Positions 27,775 to 36,903 of a stretch of DNA of 40,448 nt are shown here, piece by piece. Position 1 is the first letter of the stretch, and the number at the start of each line of letters is the position of its first letter. The stretch lies in sequence record SRR22947727_1242; one strand, 5' to 3'. The translations under genes were made by a program, and so were the position numbers. The notes under the pieces are model-generated. The model was not told where the DNA came from. It was given only the letters and a program-made list of their open reading frames with translations, and did no database searches.

Positions 27775-29266
27775 GGTCTTTAATTTTTAATAAGGCGTCT
27801 GCAATATCTCGGTCGTTGGCCAAGCGCTGCACTTTGTTTTGACCACCTAGTTTTCCTTTGGTTTTCATAAACTGGGTAAAGGCGTCTGTGGGGAGAGACG
27901 TTATTTTTAATTTTTGTAGCACCTTTCCTACAATAAGGTCTTTATAATAGCTGTTTTGGTCTTGCAAAGCCTGGTCTAAGATACTAGAAAAAATATCAAA
28001 ATCTGAAGGGGCTTTTTCAAAAGCCACCAGCCACTCGTGATAAGGCAATCCGCTACTAGGCGCAATTTGAGGGGCTACCGTAAATTCCAAAACCCTAGCG
28101 TCTGTCTTTTCTATAGCTTCCTGCATGGCGTACTCCACCTCTTTGGCAATGACGTGTTCTCCAAAAGCAGAAATAAAATGTTTTATGCGCCCTGAAACTA
28201 TCAACCTGTAAGGTTTTAAAGAAGTAAACTGTACGGTATCTCCAATATTATACCCCCATAAGCCTGCATTGGTAGAGAGGATTAATACATAGTTTACCCC
28301 CATAGATACTTCGCCAATAGTCAATCTTGGCGGATCCTTTTCGAAAAATTGGTCTGAAGGGATAAACTCGTAAAAAATACCGCTATTTAATAGCAATAAC
28401 ATGCCTTTCTCTTCTCTGAGGTCTTGGTAAGCAAAAAATCCTTCACTCGCCGGAAAAAGCTCAATGGTGTCTACTTTTCTTCCAATCAGGTTTTCAAAAT
28501 TGGCCCTGTACGGCTCGTAATTAACCCCGCCGTAAATAAATAAATTAAAATTTTTAAACAGCTCTCCTACGGGTATTCCACTAGCCGCTTTCAAACGTTC
28601 AAAATACATTTGCACCCAAGAAGGAATTCCAGCAATCACACCCATATCTGCGGCAATGGTTTCCTGAACAACGGCGGCTACTTTAGTTTCCCAATCTTCT
28701 ATACAATTGGTCTCCCAACTAGGCAGTCTATTGCGCTGCAAATAGGCCGGAACGTAATGGGCTGAAATTCCAGAAAGCCTTCCTGTTGGAATGTGTCCAG
28801 AGGTATCTAAAATAGGACTCCCTTGTAAAAAAATCATCTTTCTGGTCACAAAATCACTGTTGCCGCTCTGGTGTACATAATGCAGAATAGCATCTCTAGA
28901 TGCTTTCACCTGTTCTTGAATAGAGGCTTTGGTAATGGGAATATATTTGGCGCCAGAAGTAGTTCCTGAGGTCTTGGCAAAGTAAGCAGGCTGCCCTGGC
29001 CAAAGCACGTCTTTTTCTCCAGCAACCACCTTTTGAACATAATCCTTTAAACCTTCATAGTCCCTTACGGGCACTTTTCTAATAAAATCCCCCTGGCTTT
29101 TGATCTCGGCAAAATCGTGGTCTTTTCCAAATTGAGTCTGTGCGGCGTTTTTAATCAAAGACTTAAATACAGCCTCCTGGGTGGCCACAGGATTGTTGGC
29201 CCATTGTGCGGTTTGTTGTACGATGTATTTAGCAAATATCTTTGCTGCAAATTGTTTTAGGCCCAT
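27767..29266 (-). CDS. GH3-family acyl-adenylate / amide ligase-like protein
   Basis: Adenylation motifs KTSGTTSGAKYIP, FPASEG, YNIGD; C-terminal GKLGGQNKV. Confidence 0.9.
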   Translation of the reverse strand: MGLKQFAAKIFAKYIVQQTAQWANNPVATQEAVFKSLIKNAAQTQFGKDHDFAEIKSQGDFIRKVPVRDYEGLKDYVQKVVAGEKDVLWPGQPAYFAKTSGTTSGAKYIPITKASIQEQVKASRDAILHYVHQSGNSDFVTRKMIFLQGSPILDTSGHIPTGRLSGISAHYVPAYLQRNRLPSWETNCIEDWETKVAAVVQETIAADMGVIAGIPSWVQMYFERLKAASGIPVGELFKNFNLFIYGGVNYEPYRANFENLIGRKVDTIELFPASEGFFAYQDLREEKGMLLLLNSGIFYEFIPSDQFFEKDPPRLTIGEVSMGVNYVLILSTNAGLWGYNIGDTVQFTSLKPYRLIVSGRIKHFISAFGEHVIAKEVEYAMQEAIEKTDARVLEFTVAPQIAPSSGLPYHEWLVAFEKAPSDFDIFSSILDQALQDQNSYYKDLIVGKVLQKLKITSLPTDAFTQFMKTKGKLGGQNKVQRLANDRDIADALLKIKDHV

Positions 29267-29269
29267 AGC

Positions 29270-30139
29270 TTAATTAAAATCTATATAATTTAGTGGGTTT
29301 ACCGGCCGGTCTTTCTCCCACAATTCAAAATGTAAATGCGCCCCTGTAGAGTACTCTCCAGTGTTTCCTACCGCGGCCACTACCTCACCTGCCATAACTT
29401 GATCGCCTTGGCTTTTTAATAATGCACCATTGTGTTTGTACACAGACAACATGCCGTTTCTGTGTTGAATCATGATCACATAACCCGTATCTGAAGTCCA
29501 TTCAGAAAAGACCACAATACCAGAAGTAATGGCTTTTACTGGGGCGTCTTCTACCGCAGTAATATCTATGGCGTAATGTTTTATTTCAGGGTCAAATCCT
29601 TGGGTAATTAAACCACTTAGTGGAGGAAACAAGGCGGTTTCCAGCGCATTGGTATTGCTTTCAAATAAATTGTATCGGTCTTCTAAAGCTACCCTGGCGC
29701 GTAAAATAGAGTCTTCGCGAATAGGAGTCAGTGCAATAGTGGTGGTATCTAAATTAAAAGGAAGGTCCAAAGAGTCATTCTCAATCTGGTTGGGCGCGTA
29801 ATCTCCCTTGAGCACCATACGAATGCGTTCAATATACCTTTCATTGTAAGAGATTATCTGACTCAGAGAATCTGTTGCTTCTGCAAGTGAAACCGCTTGT
29901 CTTCTAAGGTCTGTTGAGGCGTAACCAGGAATGTACTCTCTCAGGGACGTAAAAGCCACAAGCACAATTGTAGCCGCAATTAAAGCCACTGCAGAAAGGG
30001 TGCCTACCACAAAAACATTAAACCTAGAGAGCTTAAAAGACACCTTCTCTTCAAAGGTTTCTTCGTTTAAGACCACTAGCCTGTATTTGTAACGCCATTT
30101 GTTTTGGGAGCGCTCCTTTTTTCCTGCTTTCTTAGCCAT
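29270..30139 (-). CDS. M23 family metallopeptidase, membrane-anchored
   Basis: HYAID (HxxxD), YKH, HLHFE; N-terminal TM and coiled coil. Start reassigned to ATG 30139. Confidence 0.93.
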   Translation of the reverse strand: MAKKAGKKERSQNKWRYKYRLVVLNEETFEEKVSFKLSRFNVFVVGTLSAVALIAATIVLVAFTSLREYIPGYASTDLRRQAVSLAEATDSLSQIISYNERYIERIRMVLKGDYAPNQIENDSLDLPFNLDTTTIALTPIREDSILRARVALEDRYNLFESNTNALETALFPPLSGLITQGFDPEIKHYAIDITAVEDAPVKAITSGIVVFSEWTSDTGYVIMIQHRNGMLSVYKHNGALLKSQGDQVMAGEVVAAVGNTGEYSTGAHLHFELWEKDRPVNPLNYIDFN

Positions 30140-30145
30140 ACACAA

Positions 30146-30153
30146 CAAAGATA
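30146..30153 (-). promoter_or_regulatory. -7 promoter element (TATCTTTG) for the M23-GH3 run
   Basis: TAnnTTTG match 6 nt before ATG 30139. Confidence 0.6.
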
Positions 30154-30205
30154 CATTTAGTATCACGATTTGCGAGGGAAAAATACAATCTTAGAACTTT
30201 TTTAG

Positions 30206-30213
30206 TACTTTTG
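30206..30213 (+). promoter_or_regulatory. -7 promoter element (TACTTTTG) for tatA
   Basis: TAnnTTTG match 21 nt before ATG 30235. Confidence 0.6.
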
Positions 30214-30234
30214 TAAGACACAAAATTATTGATT

Positions 30235-30429
30235 ATGATCAGTTTAATACCCTTTTTAGCCTTTGGCCCCATGCAAATTGTATTGGTAGTTCTTGTTGTA
30301 TTACTCCTTTTTGGAGGAAAGAAAATTCCAGAATTAATGCGTGGATTGGGAAGCGGAATTAAAGAATTTAAAGATGCCTCAAAAGACGACGCCAAGGATG
30401 TAGATCCTAAGATTGAAGATAAAAAATAA
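30235..30429 (+). CDS. tatA: Twin-arginine translocase subunit TatA/E
   Basis: [24 protein letters not shown]. Confidence 0.95.
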   Translation: MISLIPFLAFGPMQIVLVVLVVLLLFGGKKIPELMRGLGSGIKEFKDASKDDAKDVDPKIEDKK

Positions 30430-30455
30430 GGGGCTTTCAGCCTTTTGGTCCTATC

Positions 30456-30484
30456 AAAACCCCTCCAAGTTGGAAGGGTTTTTT
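30456..30484. terminator. Bidirectional terminator between tatA and DUF4837
   Basis: AAAACCCCTCCAA-G-TTGGAAGGGTTTT inverted repeat (one position is G-U on the minus strand) with flanking A/T tracts. Confidence 0.75.
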
Positions 30485-30488
30485 GTTT

Positions 30489-31478
30489 TTATTCCTTAAG
30501 GATAGGGTGGAGGGTTTTAATAATAGCCTCTAATTCAAAGAGCGGCGTTCTCTTTTCTTTATTGGGCGCAAACACAAATCCCTCCAAAACTATTTTTCTG
30601 TCCTGGTCTGGGTCATTTAAAATATAAGCCACAAAAGGACCGGCCATAGGGTAGTTTTGTATGTCCCAAATCCCCCTGATTTCCACGCCTTTATATCCGG
30701 CAATCTCCGCAGGAGTCACATAGGGCATAAAAACTGTTTCCGTTTTCATATAGGTTGTTTTTCCAGGTACATCTGGCCCTGGAATATGAATTTTCACCAC
30801 AGAATCTCTGGCAGCAACAATATCCTCAATAAAAGTGTCTGGGCTGTTAAAGCTGTTGTAGGGTAGGGCATATGCAATAATATTACTGCTCCCTGAAGGA
30901 ATGGCCCGATCTATCCATGCAAAGCTTTCTGTATGCATCCCCAGCCTATAGGCAGAGGGAATGTCTAGTCCAACACCCAATAAGTTCTCAATGCCTTTCT
31001 CCTGGTTTAATGAGCGCTTAAACCGCTGTTGGGTTTGCTCTATTTCCAATGCCTTAAAAGCGGTTATGAAATTTCCTTTCTTCGCTTGAAACTGCTGCAT
31101 CAGATCTGCTTGGTCTAAGCCTTTTACCACGCCTATTAATTGTGGCCTAGCGTAAACATCCTTTTTAATGTGCGCAAGAGACAAACTGTCTAAGCCCACC
31201 GCTAAAACTGTTCTGTTTTGCTTTACCGTTCCCTTAAAAACAGAAGGGGGTATATACTGAATGTGGTGGACCGGCTCCGCCACGGCCAGTCCTTTGATAG
31301 GACTCGTGAAAGCCTTTCTAACTGAATCTCCCACGGCACTCTCCCACAAATCTTCCTCCATGACCACCAAAATAGACTGCACCTGACCAATAGATTCAGG
31401 CAGGTATTTGTAATTGGACTTTTCCTTGCAAGAAGATACTATAAAAAGAAGGACAAAGAATGGGGCTAAATTTTTCAT
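30489..31478 (-). CDS. DUF4837-family lipoprotein
   Basis: Lipobox VSSC; YARPQ, RGIW, MAGPF, EGFVFAP motifs; follows mltD. Confidence 0.8.
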   Translation of the reverse strand: MKNLAPFFVLLFIVSSCKEKSNYKYLPESIGQVQSILVVMEEDLWESAVGDSVRKAFTSPIKGLAVAEPVHHIQYIPPSVFKGTVKQNRTVLAVGLDSLSLAHIKKDVYARPQLIGVVKGLDQADLMQQFQAKKGNFITAFKALEIEQTQQRFKRSLNQEKGIENLLGVGLDIPSAYRLGMHTESFAWIDRAIPSGSSNIIAYALPYNSFNSPDTFIEDIVAARDSVVKIHIPGPDVPGKTTYMKTETVFMPYVTPAEIAGYKGVEIRGIWDIQNYPMAGPFVAYILNDPDQDRKIVLEGFVFAPNKEKRTPLFELEAIIKTLHPILKE

Positions 31479-31488
31479 GAGGTTTGTT

Positions 31489-33024
31489 TTATGGGGAACA
31501 AGAACACAATTTCAAGGTCGTTCCAGGTTTTAGTTCATTGTTCCAAATATCGTTCCATTTTTTAAGATCGTCTACACTGACTCCTTTTAGCTTTTGGGCA
31601 ATAAGCCAAAGCGAGTCTCCCGCAGCCACGGTATAGGTCTTTTGATCCGCAGCAATTGAAGGAGTCTTTGAAACACTTTTTTGGGTGCTTTTTTGGCCTA
31701 CGGCCGATGCGTTTTGGGTCCCGCTCACAGGAAAAATTTTCGGATAAAGCGTCAACCGTTGCCCTACAGACAAGTTGTTTCCGCTCAATCTATTCCATTT
31801 TTTAATGTCAGACACCCTAAGTCCATATCGCTGGGCAATTTTGCCTAAATAATCTCCAGATTGCACCCTGTATCTAAGTGGTGCTCCTACGGTCTGAAGG
31901 GCAGGAAAAGGTTTTTTTAAAAGAGCCATTTCTGCTGCTACTGCAGCATAAATACTGTCTTGTTGTTCTATAAAAAGTGTGGTAGAGGTGCTTGGGAGTC
32001 TCAACGCCTGAGGCTTCCCTTCGATCTGAGGAATAATACCTAATTTATAGACCGGATTCAATTGTTCAATGGTTTGCTCTGGTAAAGACAAAGCCTTAGA
32101 AAGTTGTGAAAAACTGATGGCTTTTTTTAGGTGTATGGTGTCTGTGGCGTAAGAAACTGCAGCCGTTTTAGGCAACTCAAAGCCGTGATTTTCTGCGTAT
32201 TCAAACAAGTACATTGTGGTGAGCAAAGCAGGAACATAGCCTGCTGTTTCCCTTGGCAAAAAACTTCTAATGGCCCAAAAATCTTTCACACCGCCTGCAC
32301 GCCTAATGGCTTTCCTAACGTTTCCTGGTCCAGAATTATACGCCGCTAAAGCCAAGTTCCAATCGCCAAACATTCCGTGTAATTTCTTTAAATACTTAAA
32401 GGCTGCTTGGGTAGATTTCAAAGGGTCTTGGCGCTCATCTACATAATTATTGACCTCTAATCCCATCATTTTACCAGTGCCGTACATAAATTGCCAGAGC
32501 CCCGTAGCGCCAACCCTGGACCTTGCTTTTGGGTTTAAAGCAGACTCCACAATGGCTAAATATTTAATTTCCATAGGCATGGAAAGCGCGTCTAATTCCC
32601 TTTCAAAAAGCGGAAAATAATAGGCGCTTCTATGAAGCATTTTTTGAATTAGAACCCTTTTAGAGCGTAAATACATCTTAATAACGCCCTCTAAAGAAGG
32701 GTTGTAACGACTGTCTAATATAGTGCCCTGATCAAGAAGCGACAAACGGCTTTTTAAGCTGTCTGTGGACGGGTTAAAAAAAGCCATACTGTCTTGAGCG
32801 GAATAGTTTATATCAGGAGCTGCAACCACATGAGACGCGCTTAAAATTGAGTCTAAAACCGCTGCAAAAGCTAACGCCTCTAAGGAAGGTTTTGCAATAG
32901 TGTCTACGGCAACAAGAGCCAGAATTTCTTGAGACACAAAAACTTCTTTAGGCACAGTAGCTTCTTGGGCCAATAAAGGCCCAAGAAGTGTCCATAAAAA
33001 TATTGCTAGATGGGGTTTTTTCAT
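31489..33024 (-). CDS. mltD: Lytic murein transglycosylase D-like (SLT + 2 LysM)
   Basis: LAIVESAL, ATGLWQFM, LAAYNSG, ETAGYVP; two LysM domains (YRVQSGD, YTVAAGD). Confidence 0.9.
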   Translation of the reverse strand: MKKPHLAIFLWTLLGPLLAQEATVPKEVFVSQEILALVAVDTIAKPSLEALAFAAVLDSILSASHVVAAPDINYSAQDSMAFFNPSTDSLKSRLSLLDQGTILDSRYNPSLEGVIKMYLRSKRVLIQKMLHRSAYYFPLFERELDALSMPMEIKYLAIVESALNPKARSRVGATGLWQFMYGTGKMMGLEVNNYVDERQDPLKSTQAAFKYLKKLHGMFGDWNLALAAYNSGPGNVRKAIRRAGGVKDFWAIRSFLPRETAGYVPALLTTMYLFEYAENHGFELPKTAAVSYATDTIHLKKAISFSQLSKALSLPEQTIEQLNPVYKLGIIPQIEGKPQALRLPSTSTTLFIEQQDSIYAAVAAEMALLKKPFPALQTVGAPLRYRVQSGDYLGKIAQRYGLRVSDIKKWNRLSGNNLSVGQRLTLYPKIFPVSGTQNASAVGQKSTQKSVSKTPSIAADQKTYTVAAGDSLWLIAQKLKGVSVDDLKKWNDIWNNELKPGTTLKLCSCSP

Positions 33025-33045
33025 ATGAATACAAATGGATTGGGC

Positions 33046-34242
33046 TTAGGCCATTGCCAAAATAGCGGCAATCCCAGGAAGTGTTTTACCTTCTAAGCTT
33101 TCCAACATAGCGCCTCCTCCTGTGGACACATAGCTCACTTTATCTTCAAAACCAAACTCCTTTACTGCGGCAACAGAATCTCCTCCTCCTACAAGAGAGA
33201 AAGCGCCTCCAGCTGTTGCTTTGGCAATGGCTTCTCCAATAGCAATGGTTCCTTTTGCAAAGGTTTCTATTTCAAAAACACCTACTGGGCCATTCCATAA
33301 AATGGTCTTAGACTGCGCAATGATTTCTGCAAATTGGGTCAAGGTTTTTGGTCCTGCATCTAAGCCTTCCCATCCGTCAGGAATAGCGAAAACGTCTGAC
33401 ACTTGAGTATTGGCGTCTTTATTAAAATCGTCAGCAGCCAATACATCTACAGGCAAATGAACCTGAACGCCTTTAGCTGCTGCTTTCTCTAAAATTTCTA
33501 GGGCCAGGGACATTTTGTCGTCTTCACAGATAGAATTTCCAACGCTTCCCCCTTGTGCTTTAATAAAGGTATAGGTCATTCCTCCTCCAATAATCAAATG
33601 GTCTACCTTATCTAGAATATTCTCTATAATGGTGATTTTAGAAGACACTTTAGAGCCTCCCAAAATGGCAGTTACTGGTTTTTCTCCACTACTCATGACC
33701 TTATCAATGGCTAGAATTTCCTTAGCCAATAGCGCACCAAAACAGCAGGCGCCTTTAAAATATTGTGCTATAATAGTGGTGGAAGCGTGCGCCCTATGGG
33801 CTGTACCAAATGCATCATTCACATAAATATCTCCTAAGCTAGCCAGTTGTTTGGCAAAAGCTTCGTCTCCAGCCTCTTCTTCCGAATGAAATCTCAAATT
33901 CTCCAAAAGCAACACGCCTCCTGGTGCCAAAGCTGCTATGGCGGCCTGGGCTTTGTCTCCCACACAGTCTTCACTAAAAGCAACAGGCACGCCCAAAACT
34001 TCAGATACCGCGTCTACAATCAAAGAAAGTGACATACTTGGGTTTACTTGTCCTTTTGGGCGTCCAAAATGACTCATCAAGACCGCTTTTCCTCCTTGCG
34101 CCAAAACGGCGTCTATAGTTGGTTTCGCTGCTGTAATTCTATTGGTATCTGTGACTTGTTGTGCCTCGTTCATTGGAACGTTAAAGTCTACACGGATCAG
34201 GGCCACTTGGTCCTTGAAATTAAAATCTGAAAGTGTTTTCAT
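33046..34242 (-). CDS. pgk: Phosphoglycerate kinase
   Basis: [40 protein letters not shown]. Confidence 0.99.
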   Translation of the reverse strand: MKTLSDFNFKDQVALIRVDFNVPMNEAQQVTDTNRITAAKPTIDAVLAQGGKAVLMSHFGRPKGQVNPSMSLSLIVDAVSEVLGVPVAFSEDCVGDKAQAAIAALAPGGVLLLENLRFHSEEEAGDEAFAKQLASLGDIYVNDAFGTAHRAHASTTIIAQYFKGACCFGALLAKEILAIDKVMSSGEKPVTAILGGSKVSSKITIIENILDKVDHLIIGGGMTYTFIKAQGGSVGNSICEDDKMSLALEILEKAAAKGVQVHLPVDVLAADDFNKDANTQVSDVFAIPDGWEGLDAGPKTLTQFAEIIAQSKTILWNGPVGVFEIETFAKGTIAIGEAIAKATAGGAFSLVGGGDSVAAVKEFGFEDKVSYVSTGGGAMLESLEGKTLPGIAAILAMA

Positions 34243-34268
34243 GGGGTTTTTTAAAAATTGTACAAAAA

Positions 34269-34276
34269 CAAATATA
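34269..34276 (-). promoter_or_regulatory. -7 promoter element (TATATTTG) for pgk
   Basis: TAnnTTTG match 26 nt before the ATG. Confidence 0.6.
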
Positions 34277-34337
34277 CCTAAAATAAGCCCTTTAAATAGG
34301 GCTAAAAGATAAAAATTGAACTACAAGGTTTTCGTTT

Positions 34338-34373
34338 AACTAAAAAATAAGTTGTATAACTATTTTTTTAGTT
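34338..34373. promoter_or_regulatory. Two tandem dyad operators, probable BlaI-family binding sites
   Basis: AACTAAAAAATAAGTT (34338-34353) and AACTATTTTTTTAGTT (34358-34373), 20 bp apart, abutting the -7 element. Confidence 0.7.
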
Positions 34374-34374
34374 G

Positions 34375-34382
34375 TAAGTTTG
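34375..34382 (+). promoter_or_regulatory. -7 promoter element (TAAGTTTG) for the blaI-M56 operon
   Basis: TAnnTTTG match with TTG about 20 nt upstream; 23 nt before ATG 34406. Confidence 0.65.
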
Positions 34383-34405
34383 ATTGGAATATAAAACAAC
34401 CAAAT

Positions 34406-34771
34406 ATGAAACCACTCACCAACAAAGAAGAAGAAGTAATGAAAATACTTTGGTCTATAAAGAAGGGCTTTGTAAAAGACATTTTGGCTGTATATCAGGG
34501 TGGGGAAGAGCAGCCCCACTACAACACCTTGTCTACTATGGTGCGAAATCTAGAAGAAAAGGGTTATGTGAACCACAATGCTTATGGGAAAACACATGAA
34601 TATTTTCCGCTAATTAGCAAAGAATCTTACCGGGCGGTTTATATGGACAAAGCCATTTCTGATTTCTTTAGCGACTCCTATTCGCGACTGGTGTCACAAT
34701 TTGCTCAGGAAGAAAAAATTTCTGTTAGCGAATTAAAAGAGATCATTAAACTCATAGAAAAAAACAAATAA
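34406..34771 (+). CDS. BlaI/MecI/CopY family transcriptional repressor
   Basis: LTNKEEEVMKILW, PHYNTLSTMVRNLEEKG, YFPLIS. Start reassigned to ATG 34406. Confidence 0.93.
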   Translation: MKPLTNKEEEVMKILWSIKKGFVKDILAVYQGGEEQPHYNTLSTMVRNLEEKGYVNHNAYGKTHEYFPLISKESYRAVYMDKAISDFFSDSYSRLVSQFAQEEKISVSELKEIIKLIEKNK

Positions 34772-34773
34772 TC

Positions 34774-36843
34774 ATGGATGCTTTCTTAGACTTTGCTTGG
34801 AAAAACACTGCCGTTTTAGGCCTGTTCTTTGTGGTGTATCGTTTTTGGTTGTATCCTAGAAAACAATTCTCCTTTAACAGGCATTTTCTGCTCTCAGGTT
34901 TATTGATTTCTGTAGTGCTTCCATTTGTTTCTATTAAAAGAATTGTACAAATTACTTGGGACCCACTCATTGCTCAAGGTCCTTTTGAGCCAGTGGCTCA
35001 AACTGCGCTAGAGAAACTGTCATTTGAACAAATTTTAATGCTGCTTATTGGCGCAGGAAATGCCTGTGTTTTATTGTGGATTTTATTCAAACTAGCTGTC
35101 CTTATAAGACTGCTTATTCAAGCCAAAACCATTCAGAAAAAGTGTCCAAAATTGTTGCTCTCCAATGCGGTAAAGGGTCCGTTTTCATTTATAAACGCCA
35201 TAGTGTTTCCCACGCATTTATACCGGTCTGAAGCTTATGAACTCATACTTACCCATGAAAAAATTCATGTGAAACAGTGGCACTCATTAGACATACTGCT
35301 CACACATATCATTTTTGTATTCACTTGGTGGAACCCTTTTCTTTGGTGGTATAAAAAAGGCGTGGTAGAAAACTTAGAGTTTCTCACAGACCAGCTCACC
35401 GTAGCCGCCACCAAAGATTTAAAAGCCTATCAGTATATCTTACTCAAACAAACCGTGCCTTTAGACCGCTTAGGCCTGGTACACCCATTTTATCATTCAT
35501 TTTTAAAAAAACGTATTATGATGCTCAACAATGAAACCAATAAAAAAAATCCATGGGCCAGTATATTACTCGCGCCGCTTTTAATAGGATTTGTATTTGC
35601 TTTTAATACAGAAGTCGTGGCTCAAATAGCCCCACCTCCACCACCAACTCCGCCAATTAATTACGACACCATTCCGCCGCCACCGCCTCCTGTAGTAGGA
35701 AAAACAGATTCTATGTTGGTTGTAAAAGGAAGCTACTCTGTTCCACCACCACCACCGCCTGTTTTTGAAAAAAGCGTTGTGGCAAATTCAAAGTTTTCTG
35801 TAAACATTTCGGCAACATCTTCCGAGGAAGAATTAAAAGAAGGCTACAAAACACTTTTTGACGAATTCGGTGTACAACTTTCTTTTAAAAACATCAAAAG
35901 AAATGCTGCAGGAGAAATTACAGGGATTAAAGCGAGCTTTAAAACAGCCTCTGGTAATAAAGGTGTTTATGCTGTAAGTGGCAACAAGCCCATCAGCAAC
36001 TTTATCTTTGAGGTGTCTTTAGACCAAAATGAGCAATTAACCGAGGCGGGCTTTAAAGCCGCAAAAAGCAACCCCAAACAAGTGAAAGGATACAAAAGCA
36101 GTAGGGTAGTAGTGATGAATGAAGACGGCGAGATTGTAACTGAAAATGTCTATGGCAGCAGCGATAAAAATGTTTTTGTGTTCCGGGGCCAAGACGCAGA
36201 AGTGGTCTCAGAAAATAGCTATAGCGCTGCTGGAGATTCTATATTCGTGATAAAAAGAGGGCGCATAGACAAAGACTCTTTAATGGTTACCATTATGGCT
36301 CAATTCAAGAAAAAAGACAGTCTAAAAAAAGGACGCAAACTTATAAAAATGACTGTTGAAGAAATGAAAAAGGAGGCTTTAGAAATGAAAAAGGAAGTCC
36401 GTGAATTTAAAATTGAGGCCACAGCATTTCAAGAGGAAGTAGGCGATTTGTTAGAGGAAGTAGACGCTTTGTTAGAGGAAAAAGAAGAAAGAGTGGTTTC
36501 TGGGTTTTGGATTTCTGACAAAAAAGAGGTAAGCGACACAAAAACAACCAAAGATCCAAAAACATCCAAAGATCCAAAAGCAAGCAAAAATCAAAAAGAA
36601 CAAAAAGACGGTTATGAAACAAAAATTGTCGTAAAAAGCAAGGCAAATAGCTGGACTGCAGACGGGAAAAATCAGCCGCTTTATGTAGTCAATGGTAAAA
36701 CCTTAGAAAAGGGTGCTGATATAAAAGATATTGATCCAGACCGTATTAAAAGCATCAATGTAATTAAAGGCCAAGCTGCTAAAGAAAAATATGGAGATAA
36801 AGGAGTAAATGGCGTGATTGAAATTACCACAAAAAAGCAATAG
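34774..36843 (+). CDS. BlaR1-like M56 metallopeptidase with Pro-rich linker and C-terminal SusC-plug-like domain
   Basis: FNRHFLL, PFSF, HEKIH (HExxH), WWNPF, ENLEFLTD, LKKRIMM; C-terminal PLYVVNG...IKSINVIKG..YGDKGVNGVIEITTKK. Confidence 0.88.
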   Translation: MDAFLDFAWKNTAVLGLFFVVYRFWLYPRKQFSFNRHFLLSGLLISVVLPFVSIKRIVQITWDPLIAQGPFEPVAQTALEKLSFEQILMLLIGAGNACVLLWILFKLAVLIRLLIQAKTIQKKCPKLLLSNAVKGPFSFINAIVFPTHLYRSEAYELILTHEKIHVKQWHSLDILLTHIIFVFTWWNPFLWWYKKGVVENLEFLTDQLTVAATKDLKAYQYILLKQTVPLDRLGLVHPFYHSFLKKRIMMLNNETNKKNPWASILLAPLLIGFVFAFNTEVVAQIAPPPPPTPPINYDTIPPPPPPVVGKTDSMLVVKGSYSVPPPPPPVFEKSVVANSKFSVNISATSSEEELKEGYKTLFDEFGVQLSFKNIKRNAAGEITGIKASFKTASGNKGVYAVSGNKPISNFIFEVSLDQNEQLTEAGFKAAKSNPKQVKGYKSSRVVVMNEDGEIVTENVYGSSDKNVFVFRGQDAEVVSENSYSAAGDSIFVIKRGRIDKDSLMVTIMAQFKKKDSLKKGRKLIKMTVEEMKKEALEMKKEVREFKIEATAFQEEVGDLLEEVDALLEEKEERVVSGFWISDKKEVSDTKTTKDPKTSKDPKASKNQKEQKDGYETKIVVKSKANSWTADGKNQPLYVVNGKTLEKGADIKDIDPDRIKSINVIKGQAAKEKYGDKGVNGVIEITTKKQ
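36361..36480 (+). repeat. Two sets of 21-bp (heptad) tandem duplications inside the M56 gene
   Basis: GAAATGAAAAAGGA-n7 units at 36361 and 36382 (degenerate third at 36403); GAGGAAGTAG..G..TTGTTA units at 36433 and 36454. Confidence 0.75.
36541..36612 (+). repeat. 18-bp tandem repeat, about 4 units (KTTKDP-KTSKDP-KASKNQ-KEQKDG)
   Basis: AAAACAACCAAAGATCCA and AAAACATCCAAAGATCCA differ by 1 nt, followed by two degenerate units. Confidence 0.8.
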
Positions 36844-36903
36844 GCTCAGCCCGGCCTTTACAAGGGGCTTGTTTTTTTAGTAATACCGCTTAAATTTCAT
36901 TTT

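Noticed and set aside
36541-36612. Short direct repeats as a CRISPR-like array
   Set aside because: Contiguous in-frame coding repeats with no spacers and no cas genes.
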